Positions 13,001-24,476 of a stretch of DNA of 64,000 nucleotides are shown piece after piece (within the stretch, counting starts at the first letter, position 1; every line of letters starts with the position of its first letter). The translations under genes and the position numbers were made by a program. Location: NCBI GenBank assembly GCA_012295275.1, contig CM022665.1, positions 35,526,001-35,590,000 on the forward strand. The letters run 5' to 3'. Source of the DNA: Chrysomallon squamiferum (Eukaryota; Animalia; Mollusca). The notes below the pieces were generated by a model. That model did not search any database. It was not told the origin of the DNA and saw only the letters and a list, made by a program, of their open reading frames with translations.

Positions 13001-14444
13001 AGCAATGTATCAACAGTAGCAGCAGCAGAGGTGATAGCAGTTGTGGCAGCAGTTGCAAGGGGATGAGGGTAATAGTTGTAGTACCAATAAAAGTTGCAGC
13101 AACTGTGCAAATGAGCTGTGTTGTGGTAGTGATAGGCCAATAGTAATAGTAGTGGTCGTAGTAGTACTAATCGTGAATATAATCGTGTTATTATTAACTG
13201 ATAAACAACATTCACGTAGAACAGTCAGCAACAATTCGGAAAGAATCTGTTGCTTAATCGAAATGACCTGAAGCAAGTCTAGTACAATGTATTATAATAT
13301 TGCTGTTTGAATAACTCCCATTTGTAATAAATGAGATGACTAATGGACATTTTTTGTTATTATTACTTTAATCTTTTTTTAGGGCGGGAGAATTACGCAA
13401 CAAATCTAAAAAAAAAAAAAAAAGAAGAAAAAAATAAATGCGCTTCGCATGTGTGCTAACAGATCTCTGCTTGGTTTCTTGGTAAATTAAAATCTTGTAA
13501 AACGAACTGGTTAATTTTGCAAAGCGGATGGCGAACAAGAACGGACGCGAAATACGAGTTGGTGAAAGCAGATCTGAAGTAAATTAAGCATTAAACGTCT
13601 TGTTTTCCAGACTACAACCAGCTCTTTGTTAAAGTGATTTCTACGATAAATTTAGGTAATTAAAACAAACAAGCAAACAAAACAATACAAAACAAAACAA
13701 ATGAAATAAAATAAAATAAAATAAAATAAAATAAAATAAAATAAAATAAAATAAAATAAATAATAATAATAAAGTAATTTAATTACGTAAATAAAATAGA
13801 ATCAAATAAACGGAAAAATAGAAAACTTAATTAATTACAATGTTTCTGGCTTCTAGTCAGACTTTACATGACGATAATACATGCACAAATATAATGTGTA
13901 CATACACACATACACACATACCTACCTACACACACACACACACACTCAGACATGGATACACACAAATGATTGTGTAGTGTTTGCACGTTTGATGAACATG
14001 TTAAGAACATTCTAAAGTTGTTATTATTGCCGCCACAGACCCAATCTAAGGTTGATATGACCTTCAGGTGAAAGGTCATTTCTCCCGCTCTTAAATAATT
14101 GGGCTGACAATTCACCGTGGCTCTGTGCTAGACTCCAGTGGTGTTAAATATTGTAACTTGAAAGAGGTTGCAGTGAGGGTCAAAGTAATTTTCTGTGGAG
14201 TTAGTTCACTACAAAGGAGCCAATTACTGCTGCATTTACAGATTCCGATATAATATTTACATACACAAATGTGTCTGTGTCTAAGTAAATAAATAAATAA
14301 GCGTTATTGTGTACAGCTTTTATCGTTATATTAATTAAAAGCACAACTAGTGACGTTGTTGTGAAATTATGTTAACGCAGTTTTACTGTTTATGTAATGG
14401 TATTAAACTACCAAGGGAGAAAGAAAGACTGAAGATAGAGTCAC

Positions 14445-14537
<93 letters not shown>

Positions 14538-16427
14538 CACGCAAACAAATAAATATTACATATACGTTTACAAAACTTATTTGTTGTTATCTCGATGCAC
14601 AGTGTTGCACCGCAACCTCGAACACATTATAAATGTACACGCCACTTAGCACTGAAGTCTGATAATCCTTGTATTTACCCCACGTATCAGTCTATTAGTC
14701 TTGTTATCAGAACAAAGTAATGGGTTACATGAGTAGATCTGATCTCACAAGCAATGCCAGCGGGTTAGGTAATACAATCCCTTTACAGTTTGCACGTAAT
14801 CGTTCCAATCAGATGAACTCTAAGTAATTTGTATGGGCTTTGAGTGATGGTCCGCAGCATGCACGTTCTTATAGATTATGTAATACGAACAGTAGCCAGT
14901 GATTTACTTGACTGATTAACCACTTTGTAGGTTCGTAATTCTGTTTTCGGTATTAGAGTTACTGCCGTCAAAGATTCAACACTATAACTTTCACGACTCA
15001 GCTATAAATTTATGAATGTGTAGAAATATCTAGAAAAAATACCGAAGTTACACGTTTTGCCCAGACCTTTCTTTATGGTGCATATTACACTGTCCTGAAC
15101 TCCTTAGTGTAACTGTTGATCTGTTGGCTTATTGTCTCTTTCTGGTAGCTATCTACGATTGGATTTGTAGATAATTATACAGACATATTGCTTACAAAGA
15201 AAAGATTTTGTCAGATACAGATAATATACCGTAATAATATGTACATCACTACCTCTTTCAATTCTAGATCTGCCAAGCAAAGTCTGAAATTTGAACATAA
15301 TATAATATTATATTAGGACTACAAAAACCGATGACAATCAAAAATTACTTCGTATACTAACAGTAATAATTACTCAGAACTGATGCAGTGAAACATACAA
15401 TTCATTCAGGGGTTATTCCAAAGCCAGAAGATCAATATAGGTTTCTTGAGTAATGAATAGCTAATATTGTAGTGTTATTATTATAGTAACTTACGTTACA
15501 CTGTCGCAAATGTCCTTATGAAAGAAATGAAACCATCTTTAGCTTTTGGGACTGCGTATTTTGTTAAGTAGTTAATGAAAATGAAAACCAGATGGTGTTC
15601 AATCGATGAAACGATCAATAGATCGATAAATATTTGTGATCTTATCTCAGAAGAGTTAATGTTCCGGGCAGACTGATCAAGATTAGATGTTTTCTCTGAA
15701 AATCATGTTCAGTAACATACGCCATTAATTTACCAAATACGAACATCATTCTGCCTGTTTTCGTTTCATACGTTATGTCGTTGAAATAATCCCTTGTAAA
15801 CTGATAATGCAACATGAAAGGAACAGTTCATGGTAATATTGGATTTGTGAAAATCAACCACGAGCCAAAATGTTTAAAGAGAACCAGAAGCCGATCTCAG
15901 TGGCGCCAGACTTACAGAATGTGGTATCATGCTTCTTTCATTTGAGCTGACAGTCAGCATTTTCATAGCAATAAACTGTCATATAATACTAGTTGAAACA
16001 GACATTAAAACGTTTTCTCTTATAGACCGTTTTACTGTTTATTATTTCTTGATTTTAGAAGACAGAAACATCAAGTTACATTATTATTGAAAACATGAGA
16101 CTGGCTGGCTTGTTCTTACGAGGTGTGTCATTATTTTTCATCAACGTCTCCTTTAAGTACATTTTATCCAGACTTTCTCAGACATTGCTAGTATCTCTCT
16201 GCAAACTAAACTTTGAGTTGCATTGCTTAACTTCTACAGAACATTCGTTCTACCGGTACTCCTTTTATTGTCCACAGATGCCTTTTTCATTCTTTATTAA
16301 AGAACAATAATAGCTACACCAACGTTACAGATTCTTCTTCCTTTTATGAAATCATGGGTTCAACCGAGTACTGTGTTGTTAATGAAAGTAATGGTAATGA
16401 CAATGACGATGGTGCTGAGATTATGTT

Positions 16428-16486
<59 letters not shown>

Positions 16487-17707
16487 GTAGTAGCACTTGT
16501 AAGTACAACAATAACAATAACAAGCACAAAACAACAACATCAATAGTAACTTATTGTAGTGTGAAAATCGTTATATTCTGTTACGTTTGGAAACAAGATT
16601 CAAGCTGTTGCTGTGAACCTGATTGAACCAAACTGTGTTCTGTGTATTCAAACAGGATTTTAAAACAAACAGTCCACAACTCGCTTAATAAAAGCTTTGT
16701 ACATTTGACATTTCCGAAACAATTACTCAACAGCATGCAATATTCATGAATTGTAGTTCATATAAAAAAAACACACATAAAAAAACAAAAAAAACATTGT
16801 TGTTTTAAATACAATGCAGCGATCCAAATAAACTAACTATTGTGAATTTAACTGTTGTTTTAACACTATGTGTACGTGTATGTACGTGTGCAGTAGTGTG
16901 TTTCATCACATGACACTCTCTTTGTTATGTGAGTCATAGCGGTGATAGTTGGAATGGGAGATATTTTCCATATTTGTCAGTCTGGTTGTAGCTAAAGAAG
17001 TCGCAGGGTTCATCAAAGTGTTCGATACCAACACCCCTTGAATCAATACAGTTATTCTAGGCGGTCGGTAAAGGATTAGGGGTCAACTGGGGCAGGTGCA
17101 CCTTTCGAAGGTTAAAAATCAAGAATCGAAATTATGCATAACATTATATTTCAAATTTGGTTATACGATTAAAGCAAGTATATATATGGATCGGGTGAAG
17201 CAACTGAAAACGCAATGTGGCAATCATATTTTCGAATTATCCAAAAAAATCCGTTACATTTAAATTCAAAAGTAATAACCTTAGTCCATTTTGAGTTAAT
17301 GCTAATATTGTTAATAAATATCGCAAAATTTGTGGAAAAATACTGTCTTTCTTACTTCTTTTCCAAGATAGATAGCGACTGAAGGTGGATTTAGAAGCAA
17401 ATTAAAACCGACATGAACGTGGAAAATGTATAATTCTACGGCTAATGCTCACCAGTTTGACACCAAATATTAATGCTATTCTCAGACATCTACAAACAAA
17501 CCCATCCCATTAAAATGTCAAAATCATTTAAAGGTACACTTAGTTTATTTTTAAATACATTTTCTTAATGTTATCCGTTTTTATTAGACTGGCACTTTCA
17601 TATAGCTATAATCTATATCTATATCTGTATCTGTATCTGTATCTGTATCTGTATCTGTATGTATGTATGTATGTATGTATGTATGTATGTATGTATGTAT
17701 GTATGTA

Positions 17708-17741
<34 letters not shown>

Positions 17742-18097
17742 GGTTTTTAAAAGGACTTGGTATGTGGGTTTTCCATTGTGTGAGAAGCTGCATATAACTG
17801 ATCACTTGCTACTAATCGAAAAAGAATAGCCTCATCTCTGGGTAGTAAGTCGTGTTTCTTATCATATTACTGGTGTAGCTCTTAACCAGAATTATGCATA
17901 ATGCTATTTGACCAGTGAATACAAATATACTGAGAGCGTCGTTAAATAAAACATCATTTTCTTTCTTGTTATATATTTAAAAAATATGTATTAATTAATA
18001 TAAACTCACCTATTCGAATTCTGTCAGGCAATCCAGATGTAGCGTGAAAATATGCCGTCAGCACAAATACTCCAACCCAACAAGTAGAGACGTACAT
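2151..18097 (-). CDS. GRIK: Kainate-type ionotropic glutamate receptor, 5' partial spliced CDS: complement(join(2151..2332,3513..3764,8868..9023,18010..18097)); continues beyond the window start
   Basis: Manual splicing gives 226 aa: MYVSTCWVGVFVLTAYFHATSGLPDRIRIG-ALFEPEHDGQRQAFDWAVEKIN...DSFGAQRK-VCRMVQQGVAAIFGP...EIPHLQWHWD...SISLYPHY...LLYEDNE-GLTRLQEVLK...RIVIDC...ILHA. IRIGALF, GVAAIFGP, IPH, LYP and GLxRLQE are typical of kainate-receptor amino-terminal domains. All junctions are GT-AG and in frame. The exact paralog cannot be assigned from the sequence alone. Confidence 0.95.
3513..3764 (-). CDS. GRIK: GRIK coding exon 3
   Basis: ttttccag|TA TGT CGC ATG ... AAT GAA G|gtacgc; 252 nt, phase 1-1. 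Encodes VCRMVQQGVAAIFGP...FALLYEDNE, within ORF 3340..3777, with both conserved ATD cysteines. Confidence 0.96.
3908..3979. repeat. 36-bp tandem duplication
   Basis: TGAAATGTTTGAGTATACTCTGATTTTAATAAGTCT followed by TGAAATGTTTGAGTATTATCTGATTTTGATAAGTT. Confidence 0.85.
5025..5159. repeat. ~140-bp dispersed direct repeat, copy 2
   Basis: CTGCCGAGGAAGTTAACATTAGCTAGTAAAGGAAACAACACCAGAGTTTATTAATG...ATCATGTGAAATGTGGAATGGCTTCGT...AAATTAACA aligns with 1325-1466. Confidence 0.88.
8868..9023 (-). CDS. GRIK: GRIK coding exon 2 (ATD start); ORF track shows only a different frame
   Basis: cag|GT GCT CTC TTT GAG ... AGA AAA G|gtattt; 156 nt, phase 1-1. Encodes GALFEPEHDGQRQAFDWAVEKINLRTGILGQTLVLPDNQEVQPQDSFGAQRK. 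Confidence 0.93.
9099..9163. repeat. (GATA)n/(GA)n microsatellite
   Basis: Direct observation; about 75 bp upstream of the exon 2 acceptor in gene orientation. Confidence 0.9.
9952..10085. repeat. (ATT)n/(GTT)n compound microsatellite
   Basis: Direct observation; source of the poly-I/V ORF. Confidence 0.95.
10666..11388 (-). mobile_element. Internally deleted Tigger/pogo (Tc1-mariner superfamily) DNA transposon
   Basis: 25-bp terminal inverted repeats CAGTGGTACCTTGACTTACGAGTTT / CAGTGGTACCTCAATTTACGAGTTT (3 mismatches). Right flank is TA, left flank is CA (probably a mutated TA target duplication). Subterminal CTCGTAACTC repeats occur at both ends, and the element carries a transposase N-terminus. 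Confidence 0.92.
10908..11159 (-). pseudogene. Truncated Tigger/pogo transposase: N-terminal psq/CENP-B-type HTH DNA-binding region only
   Basis: MDPKKLSAKDSAEKKKRMMSIELKHEIIEKHEQGVHVVNMARQYERRTSMICTILKQKETIK...SVHKKM matches the TIGD/Tigger N-terminal HTH pattern. Similarity stops at about 10908 and there is no DDE domain. Confidence 0.88.
11646..12030. mobile_element. Non-autonomous hAT (Charlie-like) MITE
   Basis: TIRs CCGTGGTTCTCAAA (11646) and TTTGAGAACCACTG (ending 12030). 8-bp target-site duplication TGCTGTTC (11638-45) / TGCTATTC (12031-38), 7/8 identical. Subterminal GTGTGCCCG is present near both ends. Confidence 0.88.
11682..11800. repeat. 42-bp minisatellite, about 3 copies, inside the hAT MITE
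   Basis: GCGGTAACTCTAAATATATCAGTGAACATCTCTCACACAAGG repeated nearly perfectly; explains the repetitive ORFs at 11567-12000. Confidence 0.92.
13704..13762. repeat. (AAAAT)n pentanucleotide repeat
   Basis: Direct observation. Confidence 0.95.
14448..14532. repeat. (GA)n microsatellite
   Basis: Pure GA run of about 85 bp. Confidence 0.97.
16435..16485. repeat. (AAT)n microsatellite
   Basis: Direct observation. Confidence 0.95.
17608..17740. repeat. (TATCTG)n/(TATG)n/(TG)n compound microsatellite
   Basis: Direct observation. Confidence 0.95.
17749..17966 (+). mobile_element. Degenerate SINE-like retroposon, 3' half
   Basis: AAAGGACTTGGTATGTG...TGCATATAACTGATCACTTGCTACTAATCGAAAAAGAATAGCC...GAGAGCGTCGTTAAATAAAACAT resembles, from memory, an abundant gastropod tRNA-derived SINE. 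It shares AAAAGAATAGCCT and flanking similarity with the copy near 48430. Confidence 0.6.
18010..18097 (-). CDS. GRIK: GRIK coding exon 1 (start codon and signal peptide); not in the ORF track
   Basis: ATG at 18097 with an in-frame upstream TGA. Encodes MYVSTCWVGVFVLTAYFHATSG-LPDRIRI(G), a hydrophobic signal-peptide-like segment. Ends ATAG|GTGAGT (strong donor, phase 1); 88 nt. Confidence 0.9.
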
Positions 18098-18215
18098 ACC
18101 GATAATAGCCGAATAATCACCAAATCACTTTTATGAGTTCCGATATAACTACTGTAAGCCAGATCGTATGTTTCTGATTTTACTCAATCGTCACATGTTT
18201 TTAAGGATAATCAGT
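18098..18215 (-). other. 5' UTR portion of the start-codon exon of GRIK
   Basis: A strong acceptor on the minus strand (tttcacttttctttgttttttttcag|actgatt) ends at 18216, which implies an upstream non-coding exon. Confidence 0.7.
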
Positions 18216-19217
18216 CTGAAAAAAACAAAGAAAAGTGAAATTGAAGAAATTTATTATAAATAAATCAAACCATAAATAAAATAAATGAATATTTGTATTT
18301 TCAATATAATTCAAGAAATTACTAGATGTTTCAGAAAGTGAATATAAATCAGACTTTCTAACATCTATACGTCATCAGTATGATTTGTATTATTTAAAAA
18401 TTATTGTTTTTTATAGAACCATTAGTAAGAATGATAAAATAACGATGCACATACATAAATATGTACGTACATTTTACATACACACATACATTAAATAAAT
18501 AAATAAATACCTGGTGATAACGATTGCAAAATCTATGAGCTAAACTGAGAATCGCTTCTGTGCACTGTTATATATGCATAAAGTGATAAACAGGTATTAT
18601 ATGCGATACATAAGCCATGAAATTCGTTTGTTATTCTACCAATCTGAAATCTGCGAACATGTTCGCGTCATTCACTCAAATGGAACTTTTCAACACGTTT
18701 ATACTTACCAATATTCAATATTTCAACTAACCAAGTATTCCACGACATGACATATTTAACATGAACCATTCACATAATAATTTACATCAAACTACAGCAC
18801 AAAATTTTATCCATTTCGTCGAATGATAAGAACGTTAATTTACCGATATAATTAACAGACTAATATCCTACACATACTGACAATATATATCATCGTTATT
18901 TTAATATATTTTTATTTATTTAGATTGGGTTGAAATGGTCAATGCTTCACGTTAAATAGCGCGTTTACTATAATTATACCACGCTTGAATGAGCTATTAA
19001 AAGCACCAGTATTAAACAACAGATAATGTATGTGGTTTAATAACGCAGCCAACAGCTGTTTAAGTATAACAACAGGCGGAAACAACCAGTAAGGAGCATG
19101 AATAAACTGCCAGCAGTGTTTTGATCAAGACAGCTCTGCCCTAATTCGTGATAAATAATATAATTATTAATTTACAAATAATTCTTGCAAGCTTGTTTTT
19201 TTGTTAAATTATTATAT

Positions 19218-19232
19218 ATCTATCTATATATA

Positions 19233-19268
<36 letters not shown>

Positions 19269-19312
19269 TGTATGTATGTATGTATGTATGTATGTATGTA
19301 TGTATGTATGTA
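19218..19312. repeat. (TA)n/(TATG)n microsatellite
   Basis: Direct observation. Confidence 0.95.
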
Positions 19313-19886
19313 TATGTACACATACATACACAAACATACATATATACAAAGGCAACATTTTTTTCTCTATTAAATCACTGAAGGTGAACTTTCTGATATC
19401 AGGTAGTTTTTATTATTATTGTTGTCATGATAATTTTTATTTATAAAACTGATCTAAGCCAGTCTTATAAATTTTTGAACATTAACTTGAATAAAACAAG
19501 GATAAAATACTCTTTATAATGAAACAATTAAATTTACTAAGATTTCAACTGCATGCTTATAGCACGTGACATGTGTTATTTTCATCTTAATACGAAATCA
19601 GTGGTTAGTATGTGTATGTGTGTGCGTATGTGTGTGGATTTAAATAATAATAATAATAATATTACGGAAAAAACAAATCGTATAAAAATGAAAGAAACGA
19701 TGCATTATTAGCCTGTTTCTATTGTTAGAACATACATACGTTTCTTCACACTGAATAATTGACAGCACATTTACAAATGGCGCAAATAATATACTTGTAC
19801 GTAAGTTACAAACAAAAAATAATATAATAAATAGTATACAAATCTGTATAAAATTCCTCAAATGAATGTATGAAACGAATTCTTAC

Positions 19887-20320
19887 CTCTCTCGTAACTA
19901 AAATAATCACTACAGAATAGTTTTAAGCGTAGCGTCCATTAACGAATACTTCTTAACTAACAAACAATCCAGGGGGAATTTCAAACTCTTTGTGCTTAAT
20001 TTTCATAACATTACTTCAAAACACATCTTCACACTGAAAGTATTTTTGTGGTTAACAACGACTATCCGCTGTGACACAGTAGCGGAGGACGCAAGAATCC
20101 CGTTAAAGGTCACAAGAAGCCCAAAGCAGCGGTGTGTGGTGAAACAAAGGTGAAGTGCCAAAGATACAAAGCACGGGGAAAATGTTCTGATAGTCTGAAA
20201 AGACGCCAAGGGCTGGCACAAAGTGAGTCGACGTACGTAACGCCTTTTTGATACAGGCGAAGAAAAGCTCGAAGAAGAAGAAGACAAAGTATAATAATTA
20301 CGTATGGCGCATCGGGTATT
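19887..20320 (-). other. Putative non-coding 5' UTR exon of GRIK (5' boundary uncertain)
   Basis: Consensus donor GAG|GTAAGA at 19887/19886, at the edge of a locally GC/CpG-richer block about 1.7 kb upstream of the 18216 acceptor. It could be a first exon, or an internal exon using the acceptor gtcttttcag near 20195. Confidence 0.5.
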
Positions 20321-20400
20321 GGACATGGGGTTTAGATTAGTTGTGTCTCTTATATCTGCAGCGGTTCTTTAGGTCTTGAGAATTGCCTTTTAGTAAAATA
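20200..20400 (-). promoter_or_regulatory. Candidate GRIK promoter region
   Basis: CpG-dense stretch (gtcgacgtacgtaacgcc, ttacgtatggcgcatcgg) and a TATA-like GATATAAGAG on the minus strand near 20348-20357, just upstream of the putative UTR exon. Inference only. Confidence 0.35.
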
Positions 20401-22083
20401 AATAAAGAAAAAGAAGAAGAAAGAAAACGTCCAGAGTAAAGCTATTACTGTAATAAAGGTCAATTTATTTATTATCATATTTTTAGTTGCTAACATATTA
20501 AAAACTGAACAGTATGTGTATATGTATATATCTGTATTTGTGTTCTCTGTGAGACAGAAGGTAAACAGATATACAGATATAGATAGGTATACATACAGAT
20601 GCAGATACAGATAGACAGATAGAAAGATAGAAGGATATATAAATATATATTCAGAGAGAGAAGAAGAAGAAGAGAGAGAGATGGAATCAGACAGACAGAC
20701 ATAAAGAAATATCGGAATGGACTGGTAAAGGAAATTTGTATTAATGTTTTTCTTATACACATATAATATGAAGTAATTTCCCGTTGTCTTTGTTCACTAA
20801 CACGATTAATAAAACAGTTATTCTTGTACGCTTACGAAGTAGGCGACGCAGCACACACAGCTCGTAAAACAATAAACTGGAACCAACATGCCACGACTTT
20901 ACAAGAAATCACATGTCTGGAAATAATACCGTACTTGAATGAATGTTTTACTCACGGGAACCGAACCCATGCGGCACTGTCATGCCCTCCTGCAGCGCGC
21001 CTCAGTACACTGCCCGCTCCTATAATTACACAGCGCGAACAGTAAGGTGCTATTTCCAAACTATAATACCTCACGACTGCAGTAATACACAGACACTACA
21101 TTTATATGGGTTATTATTCATTTAGAGGGGTTAACAAACAGAGCAGTTAGGTGCTAAGTGCTTAGTTTAGCTTATGTCTATTGTTAAGCTATGCGTAATT
21201 GTTTGGCGTTTTAATATAAAGCGTTGAACCTCTGATTATATATTTTGCTATTGACAGAAGAAAAAAGCTTAAGAAAGTTTCAAAAGTATGGAGCGCCAAA
21301 TTTAATTAATTCAAGAAAATTAACTGTGATACATATATAGTATCGACTTATTTAAAAATACTAATAAAATAAAATAAAACAAAATAAATAAATAAATAAA
21401 TAATAAGAAAAATGGAAAAAAGTAAAGTGAAATCGAAATGATATATTTTCTTTTTTGCTGAAACCAATTTATAACTTCGGAGATATTTTTGGATAAGAAT
21501 GACACAAAACTTAAGGGTATTGAAGAAAAAAAGACGTTAATATGTCGAAATAAAGAAGAACATTTTCGGATAAATGTTACATTTCTTTACTTTAGAAATT
21601 GACTAATATTTCATGATTTCAGGAATACTTTGTCTTCTTATCTTGGATTTAGTTTCTGCTTATCAGGGAAGAATAATGTCTTTCAAATATCGCAGTATCA
21701 TTCAGTTACTGAAACGGCACACCATACATTTATTATTGTTATTAATTTTTAAATATACTATTTTCTATTCAGCTATTCATATATCAGTTGGTATATCGAA
21801 TTGCCAGCGGGTTATAATTTGTGTTTATCTTTCATTTCCAGTATATCTGTGTAAAATAAACAATTCTTGAAAAGACTAATGCATCACGAATTCGTAATCA
21901 CATAACAACTCAGCAGTGGGCATTACACGCCAAGCTATCTTTTTCACTTATGAAATACACATTCAAAATCTTTGTCAGTTTAATAATATAGTGAGTGAAT
22001 CCTTAGAATTATTTAACAAGTTTTTGAAAATTATAACGTCTGATTTTTTTGGTCTTTCTCTGTCAGTCATAAATACATACACA

Positions 22084-22085
<2 letters not shown>

Positions 22086-22141
<56 letters not shown>
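22086..22141. repeat. (AAT)n microsatellite
   Basis: Direct observation. Confidence 0.95.
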
Positions 22142-22144
<3 letters not shown>

Positions 22145-24440
22145 TGATAATCTTTATTAAAAAAAGGACAAATATCTAACAAACTAATATCTATCTATAT
22201 TTTTCATTTCCATTTTATACAAACGAGAATGGTAATTACTTTCATGACAAAAAGGCACATTTTATAGGATTTTAGCAGTATTTCATTATTTTTCGTTATT
22301 TGTTTCAGAAGAAATTTGTTCTTTGGCAATTTGTAATCAGAATATGTATTTAGAAAGTAGTATTCAGTCTTGAATGGAAGTTTGACATTTATTAACGTAA
22401 ATTACAGCAAAGGGAATGCATGGCCTGAACGAATCGATGATACATGATTCAAAGTAAAATAAAGAGGCTGAATAAATATAGGTTAAATTTATCGAAAAAC
22501 ATCCTTCTTTGTATGACAATATCATTACTATTACTAATACTGTGCTATTACTGTTACTACTGCTACTACTGTCACTATTACTACTAATGATAATAGTAAA
22601 AGGAACAAGATGTGACTAAGTAGCCACTGCGTCACTTCAAGTGTTGAAATTTACGAAATCAGTTTGCTTTTTCGTGTATAATTATTGTATAATTGTGATA
22701 TATAGCAACTTTTATACCATTGTCCTTCTGTGTGAACGTTATACACTGAAATACATTCCATGCTTTGTCAGAATGAACAACAATAATAATTCAAAAATAT
22801 TCATTAAGTTCTGTTATTATTTGCTTAGTCCTTAATTACCAAAAAGACATGGACGTTTCTTTCATTCATCAGCTTTCCCGGTCAGCAATATTTTTCGGAT
22901 GGAAACTGAAGTAAATCGTACGATCACCTGACATGGTTGTTAAAGTTGATATGTTTAGTTGATAGTGGACAGACAGTATAAGAATAAGAGACAAGATAAA
23001 AGAGTAGAAGATAAGAAATCAAGAAAAAGTGACGTGGAGTCTTTACATGGAAGAACGTGAGGTAGAAGATTCCTGTTACTGTTGTACCTACCAGCATTAA
23101 GCCGTAACTGTTTTAAAACTCAAGAGTTAGTATGCGATTTGTGTTTCCATTAGTTTATAAACACTTTAATTTTATTCTTTTAAAGATTATGTAAATGTTA
23201 AATTTTTAACTACACGACAGCTGGATCCTGTGTTGTAAGAATGAAAAATTGTATAAAATTGGATTGAAAATACAGTCACGATACAAACCACTCTGATGGA
23301 ACTATTTTAATAACAATAGAAATAATTTGTTGGATGATATTAAGTTGGCTCTGTGTATTCATTCTGACAAAGTAATAAATATTCTATACTACATAATACA
23401 CTAATATAAGGAAACAAGAATAAAGGTGGCGCCACTGTACCGATTGCACGACCAATTGTATTAGATACAAATGATCTTTAAATGCAGTTTCTCACAGTTT
23501 AGAAAATATATATCATGCCACTAGGAAGACACAACGAAAGAGAAATAGAAAAACTCAGCATAATCAAGAGAAAAAAGAAAAAGAAGAAAATAAAGCAATT
23601 AAATTGACCTACAATTAGATCTGCGAATTCTTCAGGTATAATCCCACGTTCAGTGTCGCGTCTATTGCTAAATTGTTAGCGAATCCCAAGAAAACATGCT
23701 TCTTTTGTCAAATTTACTAAATCCCCTTTTTTTGTGTTGTAACTTCAAACACGTGTTCCACTTGTCCAATCACACCGAGGAAAGTCAGACAGATCCTAAT
23801 GAAGCAAAATTTCTAAACTGTTTGAAATTCAGAACGAGTTGGTTCGCTTACATAAAGTGAAAATTGTATAATTACATTTTTACAATTAAGTTTAGTCTGG
23901 TGAAATTTCTTAAGCTGAAGATTACCAAGGATTTGTTAACTCTCTCACGTCTCTTGCGATTTGAAATTACTTCAAAGTCGCAACGAAATCTTCTTTAGAA
24001 AAAAAAAAAAAGGAGACATTCTTGAAATTCTAAAGGTCAGGCTCAAGTTTAAAATTCTGAGTGTAAGTTCCCTTGAGGTTAGAAGAAATCTATGTTTAGT
24101 TACAGTTCTGAAAAAAAGAGAAAAAAAAGCAATAAAATGTCGTTTAATCAGTGGCAATCAGATGCTAAAACATATGAGTACCATGACACTTATTCAATGA
24201 ATCTTGAAAAGGAAACCTAGTGCCACCAGAACAAGTATAATACGCTGAACGGTGTCTAGAGAAAAGAGTTTTATAGGTTTCATGTCTTGTATAACAGTCT
24301 GGTTGTTTAGTTGTTTTCAAAACAATTTCCTGTTAGAGGATTAGATTAGACACAAAGAAATCATTTAAGCACAACGAATACGTAATTTTTGGCCAAGGTA
24401 TTTAATGTTAAACTTGAAATATATGCTTTGATTAAAATAA

Positions 24441-24476
<36 letters not shown>

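Noticed and set aside
17078-17465. Possible MITE with GGGTCAACTGGGGCA / TGCTCACCAGTTTGACACC ends
   Set aside because: The inverted match needs several gaps and no target-site duplication is evident.
19008-19045. 12-bp AT-rich hairpin
   Set aside because: Too short and weak for a pre-miRNA; expected by chance in AT-rich DNA.
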